Part shown: positions 38,555 through 48,139 of the stretch, piece by piece | How positions within the stretch are numbered: position 1 is the first letter of the stretch | How the letters are laid out: each line of letters opens with the position of its first letter | IMG/VR virus record: IMGVR_UViG_3300025735_000007 | Span: 42,296-106,295 of that record | Length of the DNA stretch: 64,000 bases | From: a virus | Taxonomy: Duplodnaviria; Caudoviricetes | Reading direction: 5' to 3' (one strand) | Made by a program: the position numbers and the translations under genes | The notes under the pieces: model-generated | Seen by the model: the letters and a program-made list of their open reading frames with translations, nothing else | Told to the model about the DNA's origin: nothing | Databases searched by the model: none

Positions 38555-38653
38555 ACTTAAATATGACGTGAGAGACGGTAAGCATTATTGAACTGCCTCT
38601 CGCTCAAAACCTTTGACTTATCTCCAGAAAACTCTGAACAAGGAACTACAAAC

Positions 38654-39691
38654 ATGTCGACTCAATCGCTGATGGAACTGCTGCAAAAGCGCAAGGCTGC
38701 AACGGGTGGTCAGAAGACCATCAAGCCGAAGGCCGGTCGCAACCGCTACCGCATTCTGCCGGGCTGGCGCACCAACGGTGATCCGACGTTCTTCCACGAC
38801 TTCGGTCAGCACTTCATCAAGGACGCAGCTGGTCAGGTGAAGGCGGTCTACATTTGCGCGGACAAGACGTTCGGTCGTCCGTGCGAGGTGTGCGATGCGG
38901 TGGCGCAGGGTATCCAGATGTCCACCGACGACACGATGAAAAAGCGCATCGAGGACGCGAAGTCGAGCGGCCGTGTGTTGCTCAACGTGCTCGAGCTCGA
39001 CGGCCCGCAGCCGACGGTGCCGCAGATTCTCGAAGTCGCGCCGACCGTGTTCAACGGCAAGAAGGGTGTGGGCGGGATCATCAGCCTGTTCGATGAATGG
39101 CCGAACATGCTCGATCCGAACACGGGTAACGACATCATCGTCGAAAAGTCGGGCACGGGCCTCGACACCGCCTACAGCGTGCAGATCGCAGGTGCCTCGA
39201 AGCCGGTTCCGCCCGAAGCGCTCGCAAAGCTGTGCGACCTCGACGCGTATGTAATGCAGGAAAACGAGCAGGCGCAGCAACGCGCGCTGGCATCGGTTCG
39301 CTCGGTCGCGGGTCTGCCCAACCCGACAACGACGCCCGCGCTTGGCTACGCACCGGCTGGCACCGTCGCGCCGAGCGTCTACACCGCGCAGCCCGCGCCG
39401 CAACCGTGGGAGGTGGATGAGACGCTCGACATCGGCACGCTGGCTAACCCGGCCGCAGCCGCTGCGGTGGCCGTGACGGCGGCTGTCCCGGCAGTGGCAG
39501 TTGCAGTCGCCCAGCCGGCCGTCGCGGTAGCGCCCGCAGCGCCCGCAGCACCGGCGGTGGCCGCGGTAGCGCCCGCCGTTGCAGCAGCCCCGGCTGCCGC
39601 AGTGGCCCAGCCGGCAGTAGCGGTTGCGCCGGCAGCCGCCGCAGCTGGCACGGGTGACCCGGAGCTCGACGCTCTGCTCGCCGGCCTGTAA
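38654..39691 (+). CDS. Single-stranded DNA-binding protein (T4 gp32-like)
   Basis: RYRILP, H...C...CEVC Zn site, DPNTGNDIIVEKSG.G..T.Y, flexible tail ending DPELDALLAGL. Confidence 0.8.
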   Translation: MSTQSLMELLQKRKAATGGQKTIKPKAGRNRYRILPGWRTNGDPTFFHDFGQHFIKDAAGQVKAVYICADKTFGRPCEVCDAVAQGIQMSTDDTMKKRIEDAKSSGRVLLNVLELDGPQPTVPQILEVAPTVFNGKKGVGGIISLFDEWPNMLDPNTGNDIIVEKSGTGLDTAYSVQIAGASKPVPPEALAKLCDLDAYVMQENEQAQQRALASVRSVAGLPNPTTTPALGYAPAGTVAPSVYTAQPAPQPWEVDETLDIGTLANPAAAAAVAVTAAVPAVAVAVAQPAVAVAPAAPAAPAVAAVAPAVAAAPAAAVAQPAVAVAPAAAAAGTGDPELDALLAGL

Positions 39692-39712
39692 TCGAAGCCT
39701 GATGTAACGACA

Positions 39713-39742
39713 GAAGCGGCGGGGCTTACACCCTGCCGCTTC
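39713..39742 (+). terminator. GC-rich hairpin after SSB (possible terminator or processing site)
   Basis: GAAGCGGCGGG...CCCTGCCGCTTC; weak U-tract. Confidence 0.5.
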
Positions 39743-39762
39743 CTCATTCAAGGGGTTCGATA

Positions 39763-40698
39763 GTGGCAAAGACAATCCTCATCGACGCGAACTCAGTCGG
39801 GCGCGCGTCGCACGCGGCGACGAAGCTGACCGTGGGTGCATTCCAGACGCAAGCCATCTTCGGCTTTCTGCGCACGGTGGGCGCGCTCTGTCGCGATTAC
39901 CCGGGCTGGCAATTGCTCGTCCTGTGGGACGGCCGCGCAGACCATCGCTACGCGATCTATCCGCAATACAAGGAAAAGCGCAAGTCGGCGCTGGTCGATC
40001 CGGTGAAAGCCGCTGACCGTGCCGCCTACGAGGCACAGGTGCCCTTCATCAAAAAGGCGCTCGACATGCTGGGCGTGCCGCAGATGACGAACGCTGCGCT
40101 CGAGGCTGACGACCTCGCGGGCTACTTCGTGCCGCGTCTGTCTGCGAAGGACGATATGCTCCTCGTGACGGGCGACTCTGACTGGTGGCAGCTTATCAAC
40201 GAGCGCTGCCGCTGGTTTGATCCGCGCAAGGCGGGCCTGCACGTCTGCCTCGACGACTTCTTCCAGAAGACTGGCTACTTCAGCCCGCGCGAATACATCG
40301 AAGGTAAGGCGCTGATCGGTGACTCGACCGACGACATTCCGCCGGCGGGCGGCATCGGGCCGAAGGGGGCGCCAGAGTTCATGGCGCAGTTCCGCTCGAT
40401 GGAGAAGTTCCGGGCGATGTGCGACTCGGACGAGTTTGTGCCGAAGCTGAAAAAGCACATCGAGCTGTGGAAGGGCGAGTCGCGCCGCAACTGGGAGCGG
40501 AACATGAAGCTGATGAACCTGCTCGACCAGCCGCACCCGGACCCGTCCAAGACCGTCATCACACACGGCACTCTGAACGAGGACACCTTTCGCGCGCTGT
40601 GTGAGCGCCTCGCTTTTCGGTCGATGCTGCGCGAGTGGGATCACTTTCTGATCCCGTTTCGCCAGCGCTGGGAGGCGCGGCTGAAGAAGGCCGCTTAG
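39763..40698 (+). CDS. 5'-3' exonuclease / flap endonuclease (T4 RNase H-like)
   Basis: LIDANS, WDG, YK..R, EADDL, GDSD, GDSTDDIP..GGIGPK. Confidence 0.92.
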   Translation: MAKTILIDANSVGRASHAATKLTVGAFQTQAIFGFLRTVGALCRDYPGWQLLVLWDGRADHRYAIYPQYKEKRKSALVDPVKAADRAAYEAQVPFIKKALDMLGVPQMTNAALEADDLAGYFVPRLSAKDDMLLVTGDSDWWQLINERCRWFDPRKAGLHVCLDDFFQKTGYFSPREYIEGKALIGDSTDDIPPAGGIGPKGAPEFMAQFRSMEKFRAMCDSDEFVPKLKKHIELWKGESRRNWERNMKLMNLLDQPHPDPSKTVITHGTLNEDTFRALCERLAFRSMLREWDHFLIPFRQRWEARLKKAA

Positions 40699-40708
40699 GG
40701 AGAACCGC

Positions 40709-40969
40709 ATGGACATTGTGATTGAAAAGAACGTGCCGCCGCCTGTAACCGGGCACGGCACATGGGGCAGCGTGCTGTCCCGCATGGAGGTCGGTGACTC
40801 GTTCGTGACCGACGACACTCCCGCCGCACGCGGTGCACTGCGCACCGCGGCAACGCGCGTGAAGATCAGCCTGTCGATCCGCAAGGAGCTGGATCAGCAG
40901 GGCAACCCCGTAGAAGGTCGTATGCGCGTATGGCGCGCGGCCGACAAACAGAAGGAGCAACAAGAATGA
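40709..40969 (+). CDS. Small putative DNA-binding protein
   Basis: IEKNVP.P...MEVGDSF...RVWR phage family pattern. Confidence 0.65.
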   Translation: MDIVIEKNVPPPVTGHGTWGSVLSRMEVGDSFVTDDTPAARGALRTAATRVKISLSIRKELDQQGNPVEGRMRVWRAADKQKEQQE

Positions 40970-42021
40970 GCGTAGCAGACGATCTGGCGAAAGCCATCAT
41001 GGGTGCTGTGGGCGGCAGCGACGAGGAGCTCGAGGTTCCCGGATACATCGACACCGGCTACGAGCCGCTGAACGATATTCTGTCGGGCGATCCGAAGAAC
41101 GGCGGCATCGCGATGGGGCGCATCTTCGAAATCTTCGGCCCGTCGAGCTCCGGTAAGACGTGGCTCGCCACGCAGATCATGAAGCAGGCGCAGGTAATGG
41201 GCGGCGTCTCGCTGTTCATGGACCACGAGCTGACCTTCCAGCAGCCGTTTGCCGAGCGCAGCGGGCTCAAGACGGAGTTCCCGTGGTTCATCTACAAGCG
41301 CCCCGATACGTGGGAAGCCTCGAATACGATGGCCCTGCAGGCCGCTGACGCGATTCGCAAGAGCAAGAAGCTCGATCCACTCGCGCCGATCGTGGTCGTA
41401 TTCGATTCGGTCGCCGCGATGATTCCGCAGTCGGTGTTCGAAAAGGGCATCACGGACTACAACATGAACGACACGACCGCGCTCGCGCGTGTGTCCTCGA
41501 CCACGTTGAAGTCAATCAATCAGCAGTCGGCGAAGATGAACGTGACGATCATCTACCTGAACCAGATCCGCACGAAGCCGGGTGTGGTCTACGGTGACCC
41601 GACAACGACCCCGGGCGGCTCGGCGTTCGAGTTCTACGCCACCGCTCGTCTCGCGCTCGGCAAGAAGTTCATCAAGTCCAAGGTCAACGGCAAGGATGAA
41701 ATCGTTGGGCAGTTGATGGGGATCGAGACGAAGAAGAACAAGCTGGCACGTCCGCGCCAGGAAGTTGATCTTCGGCTGCAATTCCTCGACGACGGCATGA
41801 CGACCGTGAACCTCACGCTCTCGCTGCTCGACCACGCGGTCGCCGTCGGTAAGCTGAAGAAGCTCTCCACGGGCCGCATCGAGTGGGTCAACGGTTCCAG
41901 CTATCCGCCGGGGCAGCTCGCCGACATGATCGACAAGGGCGGCCTGAAGCCGGTGCTGCTCAACGTCATCTATCCGAATCACTACCCAGCCGTCGCGGCG
42001 CCCGCAGCCGCCGCAGCCTAA
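40966..42021 (+). CDS. recA: RecA/UvsX-like recombinase
   Basis: GPSSSGKT, DSVAA, NQIR.KPGV.YGDPTTTPGG.A.EFYA. Confidence 0.95.
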   Translation: MSVADDLAKAIMGAVGGSDEELEVPGYIDTGYEPLNDILSGDPKNGGIAMGRIFEIFGPSSSGKTWLATQIMKQAQVMGGVSLFMDHELTFQQPFAERSGLKTEFPWFIYKRPDTWEASNTMALQAADAIRKSKKLDPLAPIVVVFDSVAAMIPQSVFEKGITDYNMNDTTALARVSSTTLKSINQQSAKMNVTIIYLNQIRTKPGVVYGDPTTTPGGSAFEFYATARLALGKKFIKSKVNGKDEIVGQLMGIETKKNKLARPRQEVDLRLQFLDDGMTTVNLTLSLLDHAVAVGKLKKLSTGRIEWVNGSSYPPGQLADMIDKGGLKPVLLNVIYPNHYPAVAAPAAAAA

Positions 42022-42072
42022 GCATTGCGCCTCCCTATACTCGGTAGCAGATAACCGGTAAGGGGAGGGGTG

Positions 42073-42432
42073 ATGGAACAACATGTGATCGAATTTGCGC
42101 CGCCGGCCGAAGGGCTCGACGGCGTTTCTGTTTTCAACACCTTCCGCCTCGGTCGCGTGTGGCACGACCGGCTCAAGACGGGCGACGAGGTGTTCCTCAT
42201 GTGGTCGAAGAAGATGCATGTCTTCGGGCGCGCGGTGGTCGGCGACGTGCACAAGGGCAAGCTCAGGGAGCTCGCCGAAGCGCATGCGCAGTTCAACCAT
42301 AACCAGCGCGCGAACGCAGACACGGCGGGCGCCGCCGAGCGTCTGATCGCGAACATGATGAAGCGCTATGGGCCGCACATCTGTCATGAAAATAAGCTCA
42401 CGACCTGCATTTACCTGAAGAGGTTCGAATGA
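42073..42432 (+). CDS. ASCH/PUA-like protein
   Basis: NTFR....LKTGDEVFL...FGRAVV. Confidence 0.5.
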   Translation: MEQHVIEFAPPAEGLDGVSVFNTFRLGRVWHDRLKTGDEVFLMWSKKMHVFGRAVVGDVHKGKLRELAEAHAQFNHNQRANADTAGAAERLIANMMKRYGPHICHENKLTTCIYLKRFE

Positions 42433-42614
42433 CAACGCCATTTTCCACGGTCGCTGCTGAGGCGCCCTATGCGCGCATCACGCGTCAGACCATTTTGGGC
42501 ATCCTCGAAGAGGAGATCGGCAGCGACGTGCCGCTCAAAGTCAAAGCGAGCGCCGCGCGCGAGATCATGAAGGTGATCGAGGAGCGCTACGCGGAGAAAC
42601 CGCGAAATGGCTGA
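42429..42614 (+). CDS. Hypothetical protein
   Basis: ATGA-coupled small ORF. Confidence 0.5.
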   Translation: MTTPFSTVAAEAPYARITRQTILGILEEEIGSDVPLKVKASAAREIMKVIEERYAEKPRNG

Positions 42615-43050
42615 GCTCAAGGTCAAGGACTGGAAGCCCTCGCCCTGTGGCAAATACCAGGCCGCCAAGGTGAAGAAGGGCTACAACCTCTACGGCGAGA
42701 TCCGCAAATACCCGAACGGCATGACGATCTACTGGGCGTTCAGGAAGCCCGACGAGGTGTTCGTGGAGCTCGACGCATGGGCCGTCGACACGGAGACGAT
42801 CTCCGTCATGAAGAGCCGCCGCGTCACGCACATCGGCATCCTCGTGTCCAACGGCGACACCTACCTCACGCGCATCGAGACGATGACCGACAAAGACAAG
42901 GGCGCCGTCGTCCTGAACTACAGCGCGCATCGCGGCGCACGCGGCAAGCTCGGCGCGCGTCAATGGTATCTGCCGCGCTCGCAGTTCGTGCAGCAACTCG
43001 CCCCGCCGGAGACGACCATCGAGCTGATGAAGATCCGGGGACGAAGATAA
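42607..43050 (+). CDS. Hypothetical protein
   Basis: GGAG RBS, 147-aa ORF with typical codon usage. Confidence 0.65.
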   Translation: MAELKVKDWKPSPCGKYQAAKVKKGYNLYGEIRKYPNGMTIYWAFRKPDEVFVELDAWAVDTETISVMKSRRVTHIGILVSNGDTYLTRIETMTDKDKGAVVLNYSAHRGARGKLGARQWYLPRSQFVQQLAPPETTIELMKIRGRR

Positions 43051-43103
43051 GTAAGCCATAACGTATCAATCAAACTATGTCATTCTTAATCAGGGAACGA
43101 CCA

Positions 43104-43511
43104 ATGATTCTAACCAGCGCACTTCTCTGCCTGACGTTGAACATCTACCACGAAGCCCGCAGCGAGCCGATCCTGGGCCAATACGCCGTCGCAGCGGTGA
43201 CCATGAACCGTGCGGGCGACGACCCGAAAAAGGTCTGCGACGTGGTAATGCAACCACGCCAATTCAGCTGGACGACCACCAAGCTCTTGCGCGACCGCGC
43301 CGGGTGGCGTCTGAAAGCGGCCGGCGTGCCAAAAGACGACTTCGCCTGGATGATCGCGAGCAAGATCGCCGAGAACACCCTGTCAGGCCACAAGATCGAC
43401 CTCACGCACGGCGCGACCTACTACCACGCCACTTGCGTGCACCCCGGCTGGCGCGAGAAGTTCGTTCACGCGCTGACGATCGGTGATCACATTTTCTATC
43501 GCGTTACATAA
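43104..43511 (+). CDS. Cell wall hydrolase (SleB/Hydrolase_2)
   Basis: CL..NIYHEARSE...GQ.AVA.V..NR, QFSW, GATYYHA, IGDHIFY. Confidence 0.92.
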   Translation: MILTSALLCLTLNIYHEARSEPILGQYAVAAVTMNRAGDDPKKVCDVVMQPRQFSWTTTKLLRDRAGWRLKAAGVPKDDFAWMIASKIAENTLSGHKIDLTHGATYYHATCVHPGWREKFVHALTIGDHIFYRVT

Positions 43512-43526
43512 GTCACCGATTACTAT
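43509..43526. promoter_or_regulatory. Palindromic operator overlapping TATAAT
   Basis: TAAGTCA-CCGA-TTACTAT. Confidence 0.75.
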
Positions 43527-43579
43527 AATTTACTGTGTAACGCAGACGTTACCCTTTCAACCACTCAGGAGTCACCTGC

Positions 43580-44122
43580 ATGAAATTCTCGACGTTCCTC
43601 TCCAAAGCCCTGTTTCACGCATTCGTGTGGGCCGAACTGCTATACGGCCTGCTTGCGCCCGCGCAGGGCCACGAGAACCTGGCCGTCTTCATCATCGGCA
43701 TGTTCTCGGCGATTGGCTTCGTCGGAATGCTGCTCGACGGCGGGCTGAAGTCGATCGATGTGCCGGGCTCGTTCATCGGCCGCGCTTTGTTCCAGCTGTT
43801 CCAGTTCTCAAGCATGCTGCTGATCATCCTGGTCGTCGAGCACGGACACTTCGCCGCCGCTACCGCGCTGACGCTCACGACATTCCTGAAGGCCACCGCG
43901 TATCGCACGGTGCGCAATGCCGAGCGCGACATCAAACGCATGCTGAAGGAATTCGCCAATGCAAAGGCGCAGCCGCAACCGGCAGCCGATGCCCCGTTCG
44001 AAGACCCGGCGCTTCAGACGAAAAGCACCACGCTCGAATTGAAGGCCCGCCCGGCTGCCGTGCGTGACCCCGCCTTCGACCATCCCTTCAGCGCAAATAC
44101 CGCTGCCGCGACAAGCGCATAA
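43580..44122 (+). CDS. Membrane protein
   Basis: About four TM segments; AGGAG RBS. Confidence 0.65.
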   Translation: MKFSTFLSKALFHAFVWAELLYGLLAPAQGHENLAVFIIGMFSAIGFVGMLLDGGLKSIDVPGSFIGRALFQLFQFSSMLLIILVVEHGHFAAATALTLTTFLKATAYRTVRNAERDIKRMLKEFANAKAQPQPAADAPFEDPALQTKSTTLELKARPAAVRDPAFDHPFSANTAAATSA

Positions 44123-44218
44123 GTCTCATCAGTCGTAGAAACAGGGGCCGCGTGCCCCTGTTCGCTGTCCAGAACATTGTAGTGAGAATGCCCACATGGG
44201 CTATCAGACGGGGGAATC

Positions 44219-45292
44219 ATGACGCCATACGGGCTTCTATCAGACACGCATTGCCATAACTGGTCCGCCTTCGCGCAGACCGATGACGACCTCATCAACA
44301 CACGCCTCGTGATGATCCTCGACGAGATCGAGCGCTGTGCCATCGAGACTAAGAAAGCGGGCGGTAATACGGTGTATCACGGGGGCGACCTGTTCCACGT
44401 TCGCGGCTCGATCGAACCGAGCGTGCTGAACCCGACACGCGCCCGCTTCGAACATATCTACCGGCAGCATGGCGTGAAATTCCGCCTGCTGCCGGGCAAT
44501 CACGACCTTGAGCACAAGCACAGCAACGCCGTCGGCAACTCGGTCGAGGCGATGCGCGGTGAGTGGGTCGAAGTCAATCACGGTCCGACGTTCTACCCGG
44601 AGCACCCGGTGACGGCCACGCTTGAAGGCGTGCAGATGGTCCCGTGGGTCGAGCGCGTGCAGGACTTCAAGGACAACATCGAAACTTGGGGACTTGACCG
44701 CGCGTGCCGCGCGAAGCGCGACCTGATCATTCACGCGCCGATCGACGGCGTGATCGAGGGGCTGCCCGACCACGGACTCACCGGCGAATGGCTCGCGGAG
44801 CTCGGCTTCAAGCGCGTGTTCAGCGGCCACTACCACAACCACAAGGAAATCATCCCGGGCAAGGTCTGGTCGATCGGCGCGCTCACGCACCAGACGTGGG
44901 GCGACGTCGGCAGCAAGGCCGGTTTCCTGATCGTAAGCGACGCGGGCGTCAAGTGGCACAGCACGCATGCACCGCAGTTCGTGGACATCGACGCGTCGAT
45001 GGACCCGTCCGAAGTCTCGTTGCGCTGCGATGGAAACTACGTGCGGGTCAAGGTCCAGAACGCGAAGCCCTCCGAAGTGAGCGCGATTCGCGACGGCCTG
45101 ATGAAGCACGGCGCGCTCGGCGTGAATGTGAACGTCGTCAAGGTGCCGGTGACCGGCCGGCCGACAGTGAGCACCGTCAAAGCGGGCGCCTCGGTTGAAG
45201 TGCAAGTGACCGACTACATCAAGAGCGCGGGCTTCGAACATGCGGAGCTCGTCGCACAAGCAGCAATCAACGTTCTCGCGGAGGCGGTGTAA
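44219..45292 (+). CDS. SbcD/Mre11 (T4 gp47-like) nuclease
   Basis: SDTH, GDLFH, GNHD, GHYH metallophosphoesterase motifs. Confidence 0.92.
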   Translation: MTPYGLLSDTHCHNWSAFAQTDDDLINTRLVMILDEIERCAIETKKAGGNTVYHGGDLFHVRGSIEPSVLNPTRARFEHIYRQHGVKFRLLPGNHDLEHKHSNAVGNSVEAMRGEWVEVNHGPTFYPEHPVTATLEGVQMVPWVERVQDFKDNIETWGLDRACRAKRDLIIHAPIDGVIEGLPDHGLTGEWLAELGFKRVFSGHYHNHKEIIPGKVWSIGALTHQTWGDVGSKAGFLIVSDAGVKWHSTHAPQFVDIDASMDPSEVSLRCDGNYVRVKVQNAKPSEVSAIRDGLMKHGALGVNVNVVKVPVTGRPTVSTVKAGASVEVQVTDYIKSAGFEHAELVAQAAINVLAEAV

Positions 45293-47253
45293 TGGACTTT
45301 CTCAAACTGCGGGCGGTCAACTTCCTGACGCTCGGTGACTCGGGCGACCTCTCGCTCAAGGATCGCGGGCTCGTCCTAATTCAGGGCGTGAACAAGGACG
45401 ACACATCGACCGAATCGAACGGCGCAGGCAAGTCGTCTATCGCCGACGCGCTGTGCTGGGCGCTGTTCGGCACGACCGCGCGCGGCGAGTCGGGTGATCA
45501 GATCATCAACGAAAAGGCGAAGAAGGGCACGTATGTGAGCCTGTCCCTGCAGGACGGCGAGACGATCTACGAGATCCGCCGCCATCGCAAGGACAAGCAG
45601 TTCAAGAACGCGACAACGATCACGCGCTGGAATCCGGCCGAGAGCTTCTTCAATGGCGCGGTGGGCGAGCGCATCGAGAAGGGCACCGAGAAGGAAGTGC
45701 AGCCGCAGATCAACGAAATCATCGGCTGCAACTACGACGTGTTCAAGTCGGCGATCTACGCCGGACAGGAGGACATGCCCGACCTGCCGAAGATGACCGA
45801 CAAGCCGCTGAAGATGCTGATCGAGAAGGCGGCCGGCATCGAGCGGCTGGAGTCGGCCTACACGATCGCAAACCGCAAGCGCGACGAAGCCGTCGCCGCG
45901 GTCGAGAGTGCCACCAAGCAGATCGGCTCGCACGAGGCGCACATTGTGAACTGGAAGGTCTCGCTCTCGCAGGCTGAGACCAGCCACGCCGCGTTCGAAG
46001 CTGAGCGCCCCAACGTGCAGGCGGGCTGGACGGGCCGGGCCACGACGATCGCCGATGCGCTGCGGCAGAACTTCGAGACCTACAAGGGGCTCGGGGAGGC
46101 CGCGCTTGTCGCCGAGCGTGACCAGCTGCAAGCGATCCTCGCAGATCACAACAAGTTCACGGTGCAGCGCAACGAGCTGATCAAGACAGAGAGCGCGGCG
46201 GCAACCGCGCACCGCGTGCGGCTCGCCGACTTTGAGCGCGTGCGCTCACACGCCGTCGCCGCCAGCGAAGCGATCAAGAACGCGCCGGCGGCGATGGCGA
46301 AGCCCTGCACCGAATGCGGCAAGCCGCACACCGCCGAAGAGCTCGACGAGTTTGTCGCACATCAGCGCAAGCGCGCGATGGAACTCGCGGTCGAGGCGGG
46401 CCAGATCCAGTCCGAAGTGACGGAGCTCCAGAATGCGGCCGCCGCCGCTGCGAAGGCAGTCGAAGACTTCACCGCGACCATCCCTGATGTGTCGGCGACC
46501 AGCGCGCGCCTCGCGCAGGTGAATCAAACACTTCAGACGTGCCACCAGCTGAAGAACATGATCCAGCAGCAGAAGGCTGAGCACGACCGCGCGAAAGCCG
46601 AAGCCGAGAAGGCGCTCACCGTGGTCAACCCGCACCAGTCGGCGATCGATATGGGCCGTCAGCAGATCGCCAAGATTGAGGCTGAGATCGAGTCGATCAA
46701 GGCGGGTGCCGTCGAGCTCATGGAGGCGGTCGAGATCGCCGAGAGCGTGGTGAAGGTCTTCAGCCCCGGTGGCGTGCGCGCGCAGATCCTCGACACGGTG
46801 ACGCCGTTCCTGAACGACCGCACCTCCGATTACCTGTCGTCCCTGTCGGACGGCAATATCAGCGCCGTCTGGTCGACGCTTTCGACCACCGCGAAGGGCG
46901 AGCTCCGGGAGAAGTTCAACATCGACGTCGAGAACGCCACGGGCGCGAAGACGTTCGGGGGTCTGTCGGGCGGGGAAAAGCGCAAGGTGCGGCTCGCGAC
47001 GATGCTCGCGCTGCAGGACTTGGTTGCCTCGCGCGCGACGAAGCCGCTGTCGCTGTGGGTTGGCGACGAGATTGACGACGCGCTTGACGCCGCGGGCCTC
47101 GAGCGCCTCATGACGGTGCTCGAGCACAAGGCGCGTGAGAAGGGCACGGTGCTGATCATCAGCCACGAGTCGCTCTCCGACTGGTGCGACCAGATCGCCA
47201 CGGTCACGAAGCAGGGTGGTCAGTCCACCGTATCGGGGGCGCTGAGCGTATGA
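45292..47253 (+). CDS. SbcC/Rad50 (T4 gp46-like) ATPase
   Basis: NGAGKSS, coiled coil with CTEC zinc hook, LSGGE, DEIDDALD, ISH. Confidence 0.95.
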   Translation: MDFLKLRAVNFLTLGDSGDLSLKDRGLVLIQGVNKDDTSTESNGAGKSSIADALCWALFGTTARGESGDQIINEKAKKGTYVSLSLQDGETIYEIRRHRKDKQFKNATTITRWNPAESFFNGAVGERIEKGTEKEVQPQINEIIGCNYDVFKSAIYAGQEDMPDLPKMTDKPLKMLIEKAAGIERLESAYTIANRKRDEAVAAVESATKQIGSHEAHIVNWKVSLSQAETSHAAFEAERPNVQAGWTGRATTIADALRQNFETYKGLGEAALVAERDQLQAILADHNKFTVQRNELIKTESAAATAHRVRLADFERVRSHAVAASEAIKNAPAAMAKPCTECGKPHTAEELDEFVAHQRKRAMELAVEAGQIQSEVTELQNAAAAAAKAVEDFTATIPDVSATSARLAQVNQTLQTCHQLKNMIQQQKAEHDRAKAEAEKALTVVNPHQSAIDMGRQQIAKIEAEIESIKAGAVELMEAVEIAESVVKVFSPGGVRAQILDTVTPFLNDRTSDYLSSLSDGNISAVWSTLSTTAKGELREKFNIDVENATGAKTFGGLSGGEKRKVRLATMLALQDLVASRATKPLSLWVGDEIDDALDAAGLERLMTVLEHKAREKGTVLIISHESLSDWCDQIATVTKQGGQSTVSGALSV

Positions 47254-48125
47254 ACGCCAAAATTGCGGCGGGCTTGAGGAAGAGGCAGTTCTCAAGCCCG
47301 TTCGAGGATCACTTCGAGACGCCAAAGAGCACGATCTCAATGAGCGGGCGCCAGATGGGTAAGTCAACTCTTATGCGCGAACTGGCCGAACAGCAGGAGA
47401 GCCTTGCGAGAGCCATCGTCCGGTCATCGCCATCGAGCATTGGTGCGGCGGCAACCACTGCGACCGCCGCGCCGCCTTGGGCGAGTAAGAGCGCGGAAGA
47501 GATCGTCGCCGATATGAAGCGCTTCGCGGAACAGCTTGAAAAGTCGGCACCCGTAACCAGCGGGGCGATGATCGGCGATGGTCTCATCACTGCCGCGAAG
47601 ATTGCCTCGTCGCTGCCCTGGCCCGGCACCAAGCCGAACATGTTCGACGACATTGTGGCGTCGGCGTCCGGGATCGTAAACCTCACTGAGGAACAACCCA
47701 TGAACACCTCGAAGGAAGAAGCCGCGAAGCAGCTTGCCGCGCAGATCAACCAGAAGATCACGACGACCATCAGGCCCGGGCCATTCAAGCTCGCCGGCCC
47801 GGCGCAACTGACGATCAAGACGCGCCAGTCGCAATACAAGAAAAAGGCGTTTCTCGGCGACGAGACGATGAGCCTGACGAGTGTCTATGGAGGCAAGCGG
47901 GAAGTGATCGCTGTGTTCAAGAACGCGCTGCCGGTCGACTACTCCTACATCGAGATTCCGCTGGCCGACGCCACGACGCAGCTCGCCGGGTTCAAGGAAT
48001 ATCTAGCGTCGCTGGGTGTGGCGGACATCGACACGATCGTCGCCGGCATCGAGCAGCAGAAGACACAGACCGCGGCCGCCGAGCGCGACGAATTGCTCGC
48101 TGACCCGGAATTCGCAAGCTGGTAA
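47250..48125 (+). CDS. Hypothetical protein (possible internal start at 47700)
   Basis: ATGA-coupled ORF; second RBS GAGGA before ATG 47700. Confidence 0.6.
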   Translation: MNAKIAAGLRKRQFSSPFEDHFETPKSTISMSGRQMGKSTLMRELAEQQESLARAIVRSSPSSIGAAATTATAAPPWASKSAEEIVADMKRFAEQLEKSAPVTSGAMIGDGLITAAKIASSLPWPGTKPNMFDDIVASASGIVNLTEEQPMNTSKEEAAKQLAAQINQKITTTIRPGPFKLAGPAQLTIKTRQSQYKKKAFLGDETMSLTSVYGGKREVIAVFKNALPVDYSYIEIPLADATTQLAGFKEYLASLGVADIDTIVAGIEQQKTQTAAAERDELLADPEFASW

Positions 48126-48139
48126 CCGAGGACAGGAAG

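Noticed and set aside
39380-39660. Ala/Pro/Val repeats in SSB as a separate repeat element
   Set aside because: Low-complexity coding linker before the acidic tail
34467-44135. Additional operator copies at ~34467, ~38614 and ~44120
   Set aside because: Half-sites only; the second arm does not match
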